In this document: positions 1-8,889 of the stretch, in pieces
Position numbering within the stretch: the stretch's first letter is position 1
How the letters are laid out: every line of letters starts with the position of its first letter
NCBI GenBank assembly: GCA_001799845.1
Contig: MGUG01000035.1
Coordinates: forward strand, 717 to 64,716
Reading direction: 5' to 3'
DNA: 64,000 nucleotides
DNA from: Elusimicrobia bacterium GWC2_64_44
GTDB taxonomy: Bacteria > Elusimicrobiota > Elusimicrobia > Elusimicrobiales > UBA9959
Program-made: the position numbers and the translations under genes
Notes under the pieces: generated by a model
What the model was told of the DNA's origin: nothing
Database searches by the model: none
The model's input: the letters and a program-made list of their open reading frames with translations, nothing else

Positions 1-675
1 GAGATCAGCCCGGCCGCGCAGGAGTACCTCTCCTCCAAGCCCGGGCGCAAGCAGTTCCTGGACGTGCTGATCCACGAGCGGCTGATGCTGCTGGCCGCGC
101 GCAAGAGCCGCGTGGCCTCCGGCGACGACTACAAGGGCCGGGTGCGCCAGAAAGAGGCCGAGATGAAGGACACCCTGCAGGCCTACAAGGATTTCATGCT
201 GGCCCGCATGTGGATAGAGGACATGCGGGAGGGCGAGCTGAAGGTGACCGACCAGGAAGTGCAGGAGTATTACCAGAAATACCCCAACAAGGTCACGCTC
301 GCCCACATCCTGCTGCCCAGCTACGAGGAAGCCGAGAAGGTGATGAAGAAGCTGAAGGGCGGGGCCGACTTCGACAAAACGGCCAGGGAGTATTCGCTGG
401 ACAAGGAAACCGTGCGCCTGCCCCCGGTGATGTACGGCGAGTTCATGCCGGAGCTGGAGGACATGGCCTTCAAGATGAAGACCGGCGAGACGCAGGGCAT
501 AGTGAAGACCCCGATGGGCTTCCACATCATCAAGAAGCTCGGCCAGGACAGGGCCGCGCAGCCCGAAGCGCTGGAGCGCGCGCGCAAGATCATGGAGAAG
601 AAGAAATTCGACGCCTACCTGGCCAAGTTCCAGGAGAAGAACAAAGTGGAGGTTACCGATGAAAACTATAAATAA
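1..675 (+). CDS. parvulin-type peptidyl-prolyl cis-trans isomerase (5' end truncated by window edge)
   Basis: Frame 1 is open from nt 1, so the GVG-start ORF at 64 is probably internal. The C-terminal half has the PpiC/parvulin rotamase pattern: TLAHILL...EEAEKVMKKLKGGADFDKTAREYSLD...GETQGIVKTPMGFHIIKKL. Confidence 0.8.
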   Translation, partial: EISPAAQEYLSSKPGRKQFLDVLIHERLMLLAARKSRVASGDDYKGRVRQKEAEMKDTLQAYKDFMLARMWIEDMREGELKVTDQEVQEYYQKYPNKVTLAHILLPSYEEAEKVMKKLKGGADFDKTAREYSLDKETVRLPPVMYGEFMPELEDMAFKMKTGETQGIVKTPMGFHIIKKLGQDRAAQPEALERARKIMEKKKFDAYLAKFQEKNKVEVTDENYK

Positions 676-1756
676 ATTCCTCGCGGCCGCGCTGCTGTGC
701 GCCGCCGCGCCCGCCGCGGCCGCCGTGGTGGAGGAGCTGGCCGCGCGCGTGAACAACGAGCCGGTCACCATCTCCGACTACAAGCGCGCCAAAGAGGCGC
801 TGACCGAGCAGTACGCCGCCGCTATGCCCGACTTCTTCAAGCAGAAGGACGCCGAAGCCCAGATAGAGAAGGCCGCGCTCGACAAGCTGGTGGACGAGGC
901 CCTGCTGCGGCAGAAAGCCGAGTCGCTGAAGATGAAGGTCTACGAGCGCGAGCTGGAGAACGGCGTGGGCGAGATCCGCAAGCGCTTCGCCCGCACCCCC
1001 GCCGGCGAGCAGATGCCGCCCGAGAAGGCCGAAGCCGCCTTCCGCGCCGAGCTGAAGAAGGAGGGCGTTTCGCTGGAGGAGTTCCGCGAGCGCATCCGCA
1101 AGCAGCTGATGGTGCAGAAGCTGGTGCAGGAGACCATCAAGGCCCGCGCCAAGATGCCCGGCGACGCCGAGACCAAAGCCTATTTCGACAAGATCTCCCT
1201 GGTCCTGAAGGACGGAGAGGCCGCCGCGAAGGACCTGGACGAAGAGGCGAAGCAGGACCTGCTGGCCGTGGCCGGCAAGTTCCGCGAGATCACCGCCGAG
1301 CGCCTGCGCCTGCGCCACGTCCTCATAAAGGTCGCCGAGACGGCGACGCCCGAGGAAAAAAAGGCCGCGCAAGACAAGGCCCTGGCCGTGAGCAAAGAGA
1401 TAGAAGGCGGGCTGGATTTCGACGAGGCCGTGGAGAAGTACTCCGAGGACAAGGAAAGCGCCGCCCGCGCCGGCGACCTGGGCTACGTGATCAAGGGCAT
1501 GCTGCCCCCCGAGGCCGAAGAGGCCGCCTTCAAGCTGCAGGTCGGCGGGAACTCGCAGCCGGTGGAGACCAAGTTCGGCTGGCATATCCTGCGCCTGGAA
1601 GAGAAGCGCGCCGCGCAGAAGCTGCGCTTCGAGCCGGTCAAGGACGACCTGGAGCAGGTGCTGGCGCAGAACTCCTTCGCCGCGGAGCTGGGCAGCTACA
1701 TCAAGGACCTCCGCAAGAACGCGAAGATCCAGATCTTTATCGCCGAGAAGAAGTAA
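659..1756 (+). CDS. surA: SurA-like periplasmic chaperone / parvulin PPIase with signal peptide
   Basis: ATG at 659 overlaps the upstream stop by 17 nt. Signal peptide MKTINKFLAAALLCAAAPAAAA. SurA_N-like start (VVEELAARVNNEPVTISDY). One parvulin domain (LRHVLIKV...GGLDFDEAVEKYSEDKESAARAGDLGYV...TKFGWHILRLEEK). It lies directly upstream of pdxA, as in the classical surA-pdxA arrangement. Confidence 0.75.
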   Translation: MKTINKFLAAALLCAAAPAAAAVVEELAARVNNEPVTISDYKRAKEALTEQYAAAMPDFFKQKDAEAQIEKAALDKLVDEALLRQKAESLKMKVYERELENGVGEIRKRFARTPAGEQMPPEKAEAAFRAELKKEGVSLEEFRERIRKQLMVQKLVQETIKARAKMPGDAETKAYFDKISLVLKDGEAAAKDLDEEAKQDLLAVAGKFREITAERLRLRHVLIKVAETATPEEKKAAQDKALAVSKEIEGGLDFDEAVEKYSEDKESAARAGDLGYVIKGMLPPEAEEAAFKLQVGGNSQPVETKFGWHILRLEEKRAAQKLRFEPVKDDLEQVLAQNSFAAELGSYIKDLRKNAKIQIFIAEKK

Positions 1757-1773
1757 GGCCCCGCGACCAGCGA

Positions 1774-1805
1774 GCCACGGGGCGCCCGCGCCCCGTGGCT
1801 TTTTT
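1774..1805 (+). terminator. rho-independent terminator-like hairpin abutting the pdxA start codon
   Basis: An 11-bp perfect stem: gccacggggcg (1774-1784) pairs with cgccccgtggc (1789-1799). The loop is 4 nt and is followed by T6 (1800-1805). The pdxA ATG begins at 1806. Confidence 0.6.
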
Positions 1806-2741
1806 ATGAAACCAGAACTGCTCATCACCGCCGGAGACCCGCTGGGCATAGGCCCGGAGATCACCGTAAAGGCCCTCCAAAGCCCGGCGGTGCGCCGCGC
1901 CTGCCGCCCCGCGGTCACAGGCGACAGCGCCGCCCTGCGGCGCGCGGGCTGGACCCCGGCCCTGGCCCCGCTGCTGCCCGCCGACGCGGGACGGCTGGAC
2001 TTCAAAAGACCGGGCCCCACGGCCGCCGGCGGGGCGGCCTCGCTGAACGCCGTACTGGCGGCGGTGGAACTGGTAAAGAGCGGCGCTTTCGCAGGGCTGG
2101 TGACGGCCCCGGTCTCCAAGGAGGCCTGGGCGCTGGCCGGCGCCCCGGCCCCGGCGCACACGGACCTGTTCCGCCTGCTCGAGCGCCGCGAGCCGCTGAT
2201 GCTGTTCTCGCGCGGCGCCGTTAACGCCGCGCTGGTCACAGAACACGTGCCGCTGAAGCGCTTGGCCGCCGTCCTGACCAAAAATTTGGTAATACAGAAA
2301 GCCCTGCTCTTCGCCTCGGCGCTGAAGGCGCGGGGGTTCAAGCGGCCGCGGCTCGCCCTCTGCGCGCTGAACCCGCACGCCGGCGACGGCGGCGTGATAG
2401 GGCGCGAAGAGATAGAGACGCTGGCCCCTGCGCTGAAAGAACTCGGCAGGCGCGGCCTGCGCGTGAAGGGCCCGCTGCCCTCCGACGCCGCCTGGGCGGA
2501 CCACCTGGCCGGCGGCAGCGACGGCCTGCTGTGCCTCTACCACGACCAGGCGCTGGTCCCGCTCAAGCTGGCGCCCGCGAAGGGCCCGGCGGTGCACTGG
2601 ACCTGGGGCCTGTCTTTCCCGCGCACCTCGCCCGCGCACGGCACGGCCTTCGATATAGCGTGGAAGGGCCGCGCAGACGCCTCGGGCATGGAAGCGGCCA
2701 TCCTCTTCGCCGCCGGGCTCGCCTCAAGGAAGAACATATGA
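1806..2741 (+). CDS. pdxA: 4-hydroxythreonine-4-phosphate dehydrogenase
   Basis: Family hallmarks along the full length: MKPELLITAGDPLGIGPEI, ALNPHAGDGG, LYHDQALVPLK, TSPAHGTAFDIAWKG. Confidence 0.9.
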   Translation: MKPELLITAGDPLGIGPEITVKALQSPAVRRACRPAVTGDSAALRRAGWTPALAPLLPADAGRLDFKRPGPTAAGGAASLNAVLAAVELVKSGAFAGLVTAPVSKEAWALAGAPAPAHTDLFRLLERREPLMLFSRGAVNAALVTEHVPLKRLAAVLTKNLVIQKALLFASALKARGFKRPRLALCALNPHAGDGGVIGREEIETLAPALKELGRRGLRVKGPLPSDAAWADHLAGGSDGLLCLYHDQALVPLKLAPAKGPAVHWTWGLSFPRTSPAHGTAFDIAWKGRADASGMEAAILFAAGLASRKNI

Positions 2742-3349
2742 CGGAACTTATCGGCTATCTCGCCTCCGCGCTGGTCGCGGTCTCGCTGCTGACCAGCAAC
2801 GTGCTGCGCCTGCGCGTGCTCAACCTCATCGGGGCCGTAGTCTTCGTGGCTTATGCCGGGCTTACCCGCGCGTGGCCCGTGCTGGCCGTCAACCTGTTCG
2901 TGGCGGGCATAGACCTGTGGCATATCGTGGCGCTGAAGTCCAAGAAGGAGATCTTCAAGCTCATGCCGGTGGGCGGCGCCGACCCGCTGCTGGCGAACTT
3001 CCTGGCCTACCACGCGCGCGGCATCTGGCAGTTCTTCCCGGACTTCGACCTGTCCTCGCTGAAGGACCCCCGCTGCGTGTTCATCCTGCGCAACCTGCTG
3101 CCGGTGGGGCTGTTCGTCTACACCGAGGAAAAACCGGACATCCGCGTGCACCTGGACTACGTGGCCGAAGACTACCGCGACCTCAAGAGCGCACGCTTCC
3201 TGTTCAACCGCCCGCAGAACCCGGAGACCTTCGCGGGCTTCACCGATTTCTGCGCCTCGGCCGCCTCGGAGAAACACGCCGGCTACCTGCGCCGCCTCGG
3301 CTTCGAGGAGCTGGCGGGCAAGCCGGGAACCTTCAGAAAAAAGATCTAG
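2738..3349 (+). CDS. hypothetical membrane protein (N-terminal TM helices, soluble C-terminal domain)
   Basis: The ATG at 2738 forms an ATGA overlap with the pdxA stop. The N-terminus MTELIGYLASALVAVSLLTSNVL...LIGAVVFVAYAGL...VLAVNLFVAGIDLWHIV is hydrophobic. The longer ORF-track start at 2531 would overlap pdxA by about 200 nt in another frame, so it is rejected. Confidence 0.6.
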   Translation: MTELIGYLASALVAVSLLTSNVLRLRVLNLIGAVVFVAYAGLTRAWPVLAVNLFVAGIDLWHIVALKSKKEIFKLMPVGGADPLLANFLAYHARGIWQFFPDFDLSSLKDPRCVFILRNLLPVGLFVYTEEKPDIRVHLDYVAEDYRDLKSARFLFNRPQNPETFAGFTDFCASAASEKHAGYLRRLGFEELAGKPGTFRKKI

Positions 3350-3352
3350 CGC

Positions 3353-4684
3353 ATGAACTTAAAGAGACTGGATATATTGCTGGCGGGAGACGAGGACTTC
3401 CTGGAGGACCTGCCCGACAGGACCGAGACGACCTTCTCCTCCAAAGTGCTGGACCTCCTGCGCCGCGTGACTCGCGTGACGGATATCGTGTCGCCGCGCC
3501 TGGGCATAGTCCTGCTGGCCACGCACGCGGCCATAGCCGGCTACTCCGTGGCCGTGGTCAACAACGTGCTGTCCTCCCCGCTTAGCCGCCTGCGCTTCGC
3601 GCTGCTGCTGAGGCTCCGGCGGCCGCGCGCCGTGGGCATCAGCACGGTGGCTATGCGGAGGACCGAGACCACCGCGCAGATAGTCGCCACCGCCCGGCGC
3701 CTGTGCCCCGGGGCCGCTATCATCCTGGGCGGCCAGAACGCGGTGCAGACCCCCGCCACCCGCAAACTGGCCGACCTGACCGTAACCGGCCACGGCGAGA
3801 ACGTGCTGCTGCGCCTGCTGGGCGAGTTGAAGGCCGGGCGTCCCCTGGCTTCCATGGACGGCGTGCACAAGGACGAGAACGGCTCCCCCATACTGAAAGG
3901 CGATCCCTACTACGGCGCGGAGGGCGGCACCCAGCTGCCGGACTGGGGCTTCACCACTTCCTCCAACAAGGTCATCCCCGTGGAGGGTTCGCGGGGCTGC
4001 TGGCACAGCTGCGCTTTCTGCACCACCTCCAACCAGGGCCGCCAGGTGTTCCGCAAGCCCGCCGACGTCCTGCGTGAGGCACTCAACGACGTGCGCAAGT
4101 TCGGCGCGCGGCAGCTGCACTTCGTGGATTCCAGCTTCACCTGCAGCAAGGAGTTCATCGACGAGTTCCTGCGGCTGCTCGCGGAGTCCGGCGAGAAGTT
4201 CCGCTGGAGCTGCTTCTCCCGCGTGGACGATTTCACCGCCCAGCCGGGGCTGCCGGGCAGGATGGCGCGCGCCGGCTGCATACTCAGCTACCTGGGCATA
4301 GAGTCGGTGCACGACGACATCCTGGAGCGGATGCGCAAAGGCTACGTGCGCAAGACCATCGCCGAAGGCCTGTCTAACCTGGAAGGCCTGAACGTGTACG
4401 GTAATTTCATCGTCGGCTTCCCGGGCGATACCGAGGAGAAGGTGAAGGACACCGTAGCGTTCATAGAGCGGTTCCAATTCGACAAGGTCAGCATAGCGCC
4501 GCTGTACGTGCCGCCGCAGCTCTACGCGCAGGCCCGCGCCAAACCCGAGCTGTACTGCCACCTGCGCGGCAAGTCGGAGTTCGAGTGGGAGCACGACACC
4601 ATGAACCGCGCCCGCGCCGTGGAGCTGGCCGACTGGGCCAGGAAAACCCTGAACAAGCACAAAGGCCGCACCTTCGCGTATTGA
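3353..4684 (+). CDS. B12-binding-domain radical SAM protein
   Basis: CxxxCxxC motif in EGSRGCWHSCAFCTTS. It is preceded by a Rossmann-like B12-binding-type region (VGISTVAMRRTETTAQIVATARRLCPGAAIILGGQ). Typical downstream radical-SAM elements follow (LHFVDSSF, YLGIESVHDDILERMRKG). Confidence 0.85.
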   Translation: MNLKRLDILLAGDEDFLEDLPDRTETTFSSKVLDLLRRVTRVTDIVSPRLGIVLLATHAAIAGYSVAVVNNVLSSPLSRLRFALLLRLRRPRAVGISTVAMRRTETTAQIVATARRLCPGAAIILGGQNAVQTPATRKLADLTVTGHGENVLLRLLGELKAGRPLASMDGVHKDENGSPILKGDPYYGAEGGTQLPDWGFTTSSNKVIPVEGSRGCWHSCAFCTTSNQGRQVFRKPADVLREALNDVRKFGARQLHFVDSSFTCSKEFIDEFLRLLAESGEKFRWSCFSRVDDFTAQPGLPGRMARAGCILSYLGIESVHDDILERMRKGYVRKTIAEGLSNLEGLNVYGNFIVGFPGDTEEKVKDTVAFIERFQFDKVSIAPLYVPPQLYAQARAKPELYCHLRGKSEFEWEHDTMNRARAVELADWARKTLNKHKGRTFAY

Positions 4685-4706
4685 CGCGCGGTCCGCGGCT
4701 GACATA

Positions 4707-4744
4707 ACGAGAACGGGAAGCCTGCGCTTCCCGTTCTCGTTTTT
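4707..4744. terminator. bidirectional rho-independent terminator between convergent genes
   Basis: A 14-bp perfect stem: acgagaacgggaag (4707-4720) pairs with cttcccgttctcgt (4727-4740). The loop is 6 nt and T4 follows. It sits between the stops at 4684 (+) and 4759 (-). Confidence 0.75.
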
Positions 4745-4758
4745 GCCTGTCCGGCAGT

Positions 4759-5625
4759 TCAGGGAACCTGGGAGAGTTTTACGGTGTGATCTTTGGGCAG
4801 CACGGCCGCCGAGTAGTAATCGTGGGCGCCTTCACCGGCGGCCATGGCCATCGGGTCCACCTTGTAGCTGACCACGAGGTTCTTGCCGCTCTTCTGCAGC
4901 TTCGCTATCCGGAAAATTCCGTTGGGCAGGTCGGACAGCGAGATAAGCACCACCACGGCGTCGCGGGAGAAATCCGGCGCCGCGAGCTGCGAGGGCCTGG
5001 GCGCAAGGGCGGAGGCGTCGCCTTCCTGGCGGCATTTGTGGGAATTGGCGAAGGCCCACCAGGTCTCGGAGGACTTGAAGACCTTGAATTCCACCGGCGC
5101 GGTGAACAGGGTCAGGCCTTCCTGGGCCGCGCCGCGCCCCAGCTCCGGCATGGTGGAGACCCGCAGCTTGGGCTCCGCGCCAGGCTCGTTGCCCAGGTTG
5201 CGTATCTTCTTGCTGAAGTCGGAATCCTTCAGCCGGATGGGCGCGGGCTTCTTCTTGCCGCCCCCCATCTCGTTGAGCATGGACATCATGTCCTTGGGAG
5301 ACTCGGCCACACCGTTGAAATCCCCGCTGCGCACCACGTTTATGGCCCCGTCCGCGTTGACCGCGGCGGTGGAGAGCCCCTGGCGCGTGCCCGGGATCAT
5401 GGATGCGCGCACATTGGAGCCGGCGGAGTACCTGGCCGCGGCCAGGGCCTGCTGGGCCATGGCTTCGGCGTTCTCCGGCCTCTCGTCCGCGGCTTCCTGG
5501 CCGGGCAGCGAGGGCTTCTCCCCCTCCAGCAGGCTGCCAATGTGGTTAACGCCCATCAGCAGCGTGAAAATCACTATAAGTCCGCCGAAAAGATAGATGA
5601 GAGAGCGCAATATTCTGGCATCCAT
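4759..5625 (-). CDS. hypothetical membrane-anchored protein
   Basis: ATG start. N-terminal TM helix (LIYLFGGLIVIFTLLMGV). Codon usage matches neighbouring genes. No family recognised. Confidence 0.6.
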   Translation of the reverse strand: MDARILRSLIYLFGGLIVIFTLLMGVNHIGSLLEGEKPSLPGQEAADERPENAEAMAQQALAAARYSAGSNVRASMIPGTRQGLSTAAVNADGAINVVRSGDFNGVAESPKDMMSMLNEMGGGKKKPAPIRLKDSDFSKKIRNLGNEPGAEPKLRVSTMPELGRGAAQEGLTLFTAPVEFKVFKSSETWWAFANSHKCRQEGDASALAPRPSQLAAPDFSRDAVVVLISLSDLPNGIFRIAKLQKSGKNLVVSYKVDPMAMAAGEGAHDYYSAAVLPKDHTVKLSQVP

Positions 5626-5773
5626 AGCTCAAGTATACAAAAAGGATTTAATTTTTAGTTATTATTTCTGTAACAGGGAGGCGCTAGAATTACATAGGCG
5701 GAGAACAGGTTAATAATACTTCCTTTAATTAAGGCTGTTGCGGTATGCGGCGCGCGGTGAACAGGAAAAAGCT

Positions 5774-7747
5774 ATGAAATATTGGGCGTACGTCAATAAC
5801 GAGATCTTAGGCCCTTTCGAGAAGGAGAAACTGCTCGAACTGCCGTCTTTTTCTCCTGCGCTGCTCGTCTGCCCCCAGACCCCGGTGGGAGAAAAGACCG
5901 AAGACTGGAAGGAAGCCTCCACCTACCCCGAAATTTCCGCGCTGCTGGGCGGGGCCGTCCCTGCTCCCGCGCCGACGCCCGCTCCCGCTCCCGCCCCGGC
6001 CGAGCAGTTCACTCCCGAGCGCTTCTCCCCTACGCCGTCCGCCGCGCCCATAGCGCAGCCGGCCATACAGGCCGCGACCCTTTCCTTCAAGCCTCTTACC
6101 GCCGCCAAGCCTATAGACCCCATGCCGCCCCTGGGCCACAGCGACTCCCTGGGCGATATCACCGTCAGCCATTTCGGCAAGGGGAACGGCACGCCCGCTC
6201 ACGAAGCCGCGCCCGCACCCGCGCAGCAGGCCACCTCCGGCTTCGACCCTATCAGCCTCTCCACCATAGTGCGCCGCACCGAGACCCTGTCCGGCCAGGA
6301 ACTGCCCAAGGCCGCGATACCGGAAGGCCTGGCCCTGGAGCCGCAAACCTTTAAGCCTGCGGCCGCCGCGCCGGCCCCCGCCATGGAATTCACGCCCGCG
6401 CCGGAGCCCCTGCCGGTTTTTGCGGCTACCCCGCAGCCCGCGCCGGTCACCGCCCCTATAACCTTCCCCGCTCCCGAACCCGCACCTGCGCCCGCCGCCG
6501 CCCCCGCGGCCGCCCCGGCCATGGACCTCGGCGCCCTGCAGGCGCTGATACAGCGCCTGGACGCTATTTCCGCCTCGTCCGCCACCCGCAGGGACGTGGA
6601 TTCGGCCGTGGACCCGCTGCGCCTCAAGCTGGACCAGATGGGCGAGGTGATCTCCTCCATCAAGAACTCCCAGTTCCAGCGCGAGGTCATGGACAAGCTG
6701 CTTTACCTGGAGAACGCGGTAGGCGACCTGAAAGACACCCTCAAGCGGCAGGCCGCCGCGCCGGCTCCCGCCCCCGCCATGGCCCACCAGGAGATGAAGA
6801 TAGAGCGCAACTCGGATACCGTTTTCGGCGTGCAGCAGGCCCCCAAGCCGGCTGAAAAAGCGAAACCCGAACCCGCGAAGGAGCCCGCGAAGCAGGAGAT
6901 AAAGGACGAAGGCAGCAAGCCCTCGAGGATAGTCCCCATAATAAAGAAGTTCCTTAAGATCATACTTACGCTGGTACTGCTGGCGGCGACGATCGGTGGC
7001 GGCCTCTTCGGGCTGAAGACCTTCGCCCCCGACATCTTCAAGCAGATCCCGGTGCTGCCGGGCCTTGTAGCCAACATCCCCTTCCTGGGCGGAGAGGCGG
7101 CCCCCGCCGTCGCGCCGGAAGCATCCCCCACCGGCGGCGAGCAGGGAGCGGCCGGGCAGGAGCCTCCCGCCGGGGGTCAGCCCGGTCAGACCGCGACGCC
7201 CCTGACCCCCGAGCAGCAGGAGGCCCAGCGCGTGGCGGCCCAGGAGCAGGTCAGGAGCGCGCAGCAGAAACTGCCCGACGTACCCGCCAAGGTGGTGCCG
7301 GAAGTGATCTATATCACCCGCACCTACAAGACCAAGCCGGCCGCTGTCAACACGCTGGAGAACAAGATCTATGAGCACGCCGGCAAGGCTGGCGGCAACA
7401 TAAACGGGACCAATTGGAACGTCAGGGCCACCCAGCTGGAAGGCTCTTACGAGATAGACGCCCTGGTGCCCGGCCAGGCCGGCACGCTGACCTACACTTT
7501 CCTCGTGGACCACGCCAAGAAGACCGTGGTGCCGGTGAACGAGGGCGCCGTAGCCGCCTTCCAGGCGCTGGTAAAGGACAGCGCGCGCGGCGGCAAGCCC
7601 GGCGCCAAAGCCGCCAAGCCAGCGGCTAAGCCCACGGCCAAACCCGCGGCCAAGCCCGCTGCCAAGCCGGCGGCCAAAAAAGCCGCCGCGGCCGAGGGCG
7701 AGGACGAATACGAGTACGTCTACGAGGACGAGGAAGGCGCCGAGTAG
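5774..7747 (+). CDS. GYF_2-like N-terminal domain, Pro/Ala-rich single-TM protein with (A/T)KPA repeats and an acidic tail
   Basis: I prefer the ATG at 5774 (MKYWAYVNNEILGPFEKEKL...) with aggaaaaa upstream over the ORF-track start at 5738. A TM helix is present (ILTLVLLAATIGGGLFGL). The C-terminus is AAKPAAKPTAKPAAKPAAKPAAKKAAAAEGEDEYEYVYEDEEGAE. Confidence 0.65.
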   Translation: MKYWAYVNNEILGPFEKEKLLELPSFSPALLVCPQTPVGEKTEDWKEASTYPEISALLGGAVPAPAPTPAPAPAPAEQFTPERFSPTPSAAPIAQPAIQAATLSFKPLTAAKPIDPMPPLGHSDSLGDITVSHFGKGNGTPAHEAAPAPAQQATSGFDPISLSTIVRRTETLSGQELPKAAIPEGLALEPQTFKPAAAAPAPAMEFTPAPEPLPVFAATPQPAPVTAPITFPAPEPAPAPAAAPAAAPAMDLGALQALIQRLDAISASSATRRDVDSAVDPLRLKLDQMGEVISSIKNSQFQREVMDKLLYLENAVGDLKDTLKRQAAAPAPAPAMAHQEMKIERNSDTVFGVQQAPKPAEKAKPEPAKEPAKQEIKDEGSKPSRIVPIIKKFLKIILTLVLLAATIGGGLFGLKTFAPDIFKQIPVLPGLVANIPFLGGEAAPAVAPEASPTGGEQGAAGQEPPAGGQPGQTATPLTPEQQEAQRVAAQEQVRSAQQKLPDVPAKVVPEVIYITRTYKTKPAAVNTLENKIYEHAGKAGGNINGTNWNVRATQLEGSYEIDALVPGQAGTLTYTFLVDHAKKTVVPVNEGAVAAFQALVKDSARGGKPGAKAAKPAAKPTAKPAAKPAAKPAAKKAAAAEGEDEYEYVYEDEEGAE

Positions 7748-7764
7748 CGCGTCCCGTTAAAAAG

Positions 7765-7796
7765 AAAAGGAGGGGAACTTTCCCCTCCTTTTTTCT
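7765..7796. terminator. bidirectional rho-independent terminator
   Basis: A 12-bp perfect stem: aaaaggagggga (7765-7776) pairs with tcccctcctttt (7781-7792). The loop is 4 nt, with an A-run on one side and a T-run on the other. It lies between the convergent stops at 7747 (+) and 7810 (-). Confidence 0.8.
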
Positions 7797-7809
7797 TGCC
7801 CGGCCGGAA

Positions 7810-8889
7810 CTATTTCCTGGCGGTAGTGAGGCGCCGCTTGGCCGCCGCCGCGCGCAGAGCTATGCCCACCAGCTCCTTCAGTACCTTCGCCGGCTTCAGC
7901 CCCGTCTTCTCCCACAGGCGCGGATAGAGGCTGTGCGAAGTGAACCCTGGCAGCGTGTTGATCTCGCAGAAATAGACTTTTTTTACGTCCTTCGGGTCCA
8001 CGAAGAAGTCTATCCTGGCCATGCCCGAGCCGCCCAGCGCCAGGAAGATCTTCACGGCCAGGTCCCGCAGGCGCGCCGAAACCGCCGCCGGCAGCGGCGC
8101 CGGCAGCAGGAAGTCCATGCCGTCGTCGTCGAGGTATTTAGCCTCGTAGTCGAAGAACTCGTGCTTGCCCTTAGGCACCACCTCGCCGCAGACGCTGGCC
8201 GCCGCGCCCTCGGGAGAGCCCAGCACGCCGCAGACTATCTCGCGGGCCCTGTCCACACCCTTCTCTATCATGACCGCCGTGTCGAAGCGGAAAGCGTTGA
8301 GCACCGCCGGGCGCAGCTCCGCGGGGCGCTTGACCTTGGCCACGCCCACCGAGGAGCCCTGGGCCACCGGCTTCACGAAGAGCGGGAAGCCGAGCCGGAG
8401 CGCCCGCTTGAGCAGCGGGCCCATGGCGTCGCGCTGGTGGGCGCGGATCACTACGTGCGGCAGCACCGGCACGCCGTCCAGGGCGGCCAGCTCTTTGGAA
8501 ATTATCTTGTCCATGCCCACCGCCGAGGCGGTAACCCCGCAGCCGGTATAGGGCAGGCCGGCCAGCTCGAAGAAGCCCTGCATCGCGCCGTCCTCGCCGG
8601 TGGACCCGTGGACGATGGGAAACATGGCGTCCGGCTTCACGCGGCCGCCGCCCCGCTTCAGGAAGCAGCCGGCACCGAGCGACGGCTCCAGCTCCGGGCC
8701 GGCGAGTCGCCGGCCGGCCAGCAGGTCCGCCAGCCTCACCAGGCGCCAGGCCCCGGCCCTGGGCGCGTAGAAAGGAAGCACCGAAAAACCGGCGTCAGCT
8801 AGCTTGACGCAAACGGTCTTAGCGGATTCAATGGACACTTCATGCTCCGGAGACTTGCCACCAAAGACCACGGCTATCTTTTTCTTCAT
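7810..8889 (-). CDS. ddl: D-alanine--D-alanine ligase
   Basis: MKKKIAVVFGGKSPEHEVSIESAK, HGSTGEDGAMQGFFELAGLPYTGCGV, FPLFVKPVAQGSSVGV, EINTLPGFTSHSLYPRLW. An SD-like GAGGA lies upstream. Confidence 0.92.
   Translation of the reverse strand: MKKKIAVVFGGKSPEHEVSIESAKTVCVKLADAGFSVLPFYAPRAGAWRLVRLADLLAGRRLAGPELEPSLGAGCFLKRGGGRVKPDAMFPIVHGSTGEDGAMQGFFELAGLPYTGCGVTASAVGMDKIISKELAALDGVPVLPHVVIRAHQRDAMGPLLKRALRLGFPLFVKPVAQGSSVGVAKVKRPAELRPAVLNAFRFDTAVMIEKGVDRAREIVCGVLGSPEGAAASVCGEVVPKGKHEFFDYEAKYLDDDGMDFLLPAPLPAAVSARLRDLAVKIFLALGGSGMARIDFFVDPKDVKKVYFCEINTLPGFTSHSLYPRLWEKTGLKPAKVLKELVGIALRAAAAKRRLTTARK

Noticed and set aside
653-2341. 562-aa minus-strand ORF overlapping the surA-like gene and pdxA, plus similar shadow ORFs (697..1809 +, 1737..2639 -, 3359..4705 -, 4786..5658 +, 5807..7513 -, 7933..8802 +, 9054..9977 +, 12057..12818 +, 12619..13641 +, 14573..16465 +, 18413..19345 +, 19991..21382 +)
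   Set aside because: Each lies opposite to or out of frame with an ORF that has clear family motifs. Their sequences are Arg/Gly/Ala/Leu-rich, typical of GC-rich shadow frames.
2531-2737. Upstream extension of the 2738..3349 ORF
   Set aside because: It would overlap pdxA by about 200 nt in another frame with an Arg/Gly/Pro-rich translation. The ATG at 2738 makes an ATGA stop-start overlap typical of operon coupling.
5626-5773. Specific -35/-10 calls in the AT-rich divergent spacer between 4759..5625 (-) and 5774..7747 (+)
   Set aside because: The region is clearly AT-rich and probably holds divergent promoters. The candidate hexamers (for example TAGAAT with a weak TTATTT -35) are too degenerate to support a coordinate-level call.
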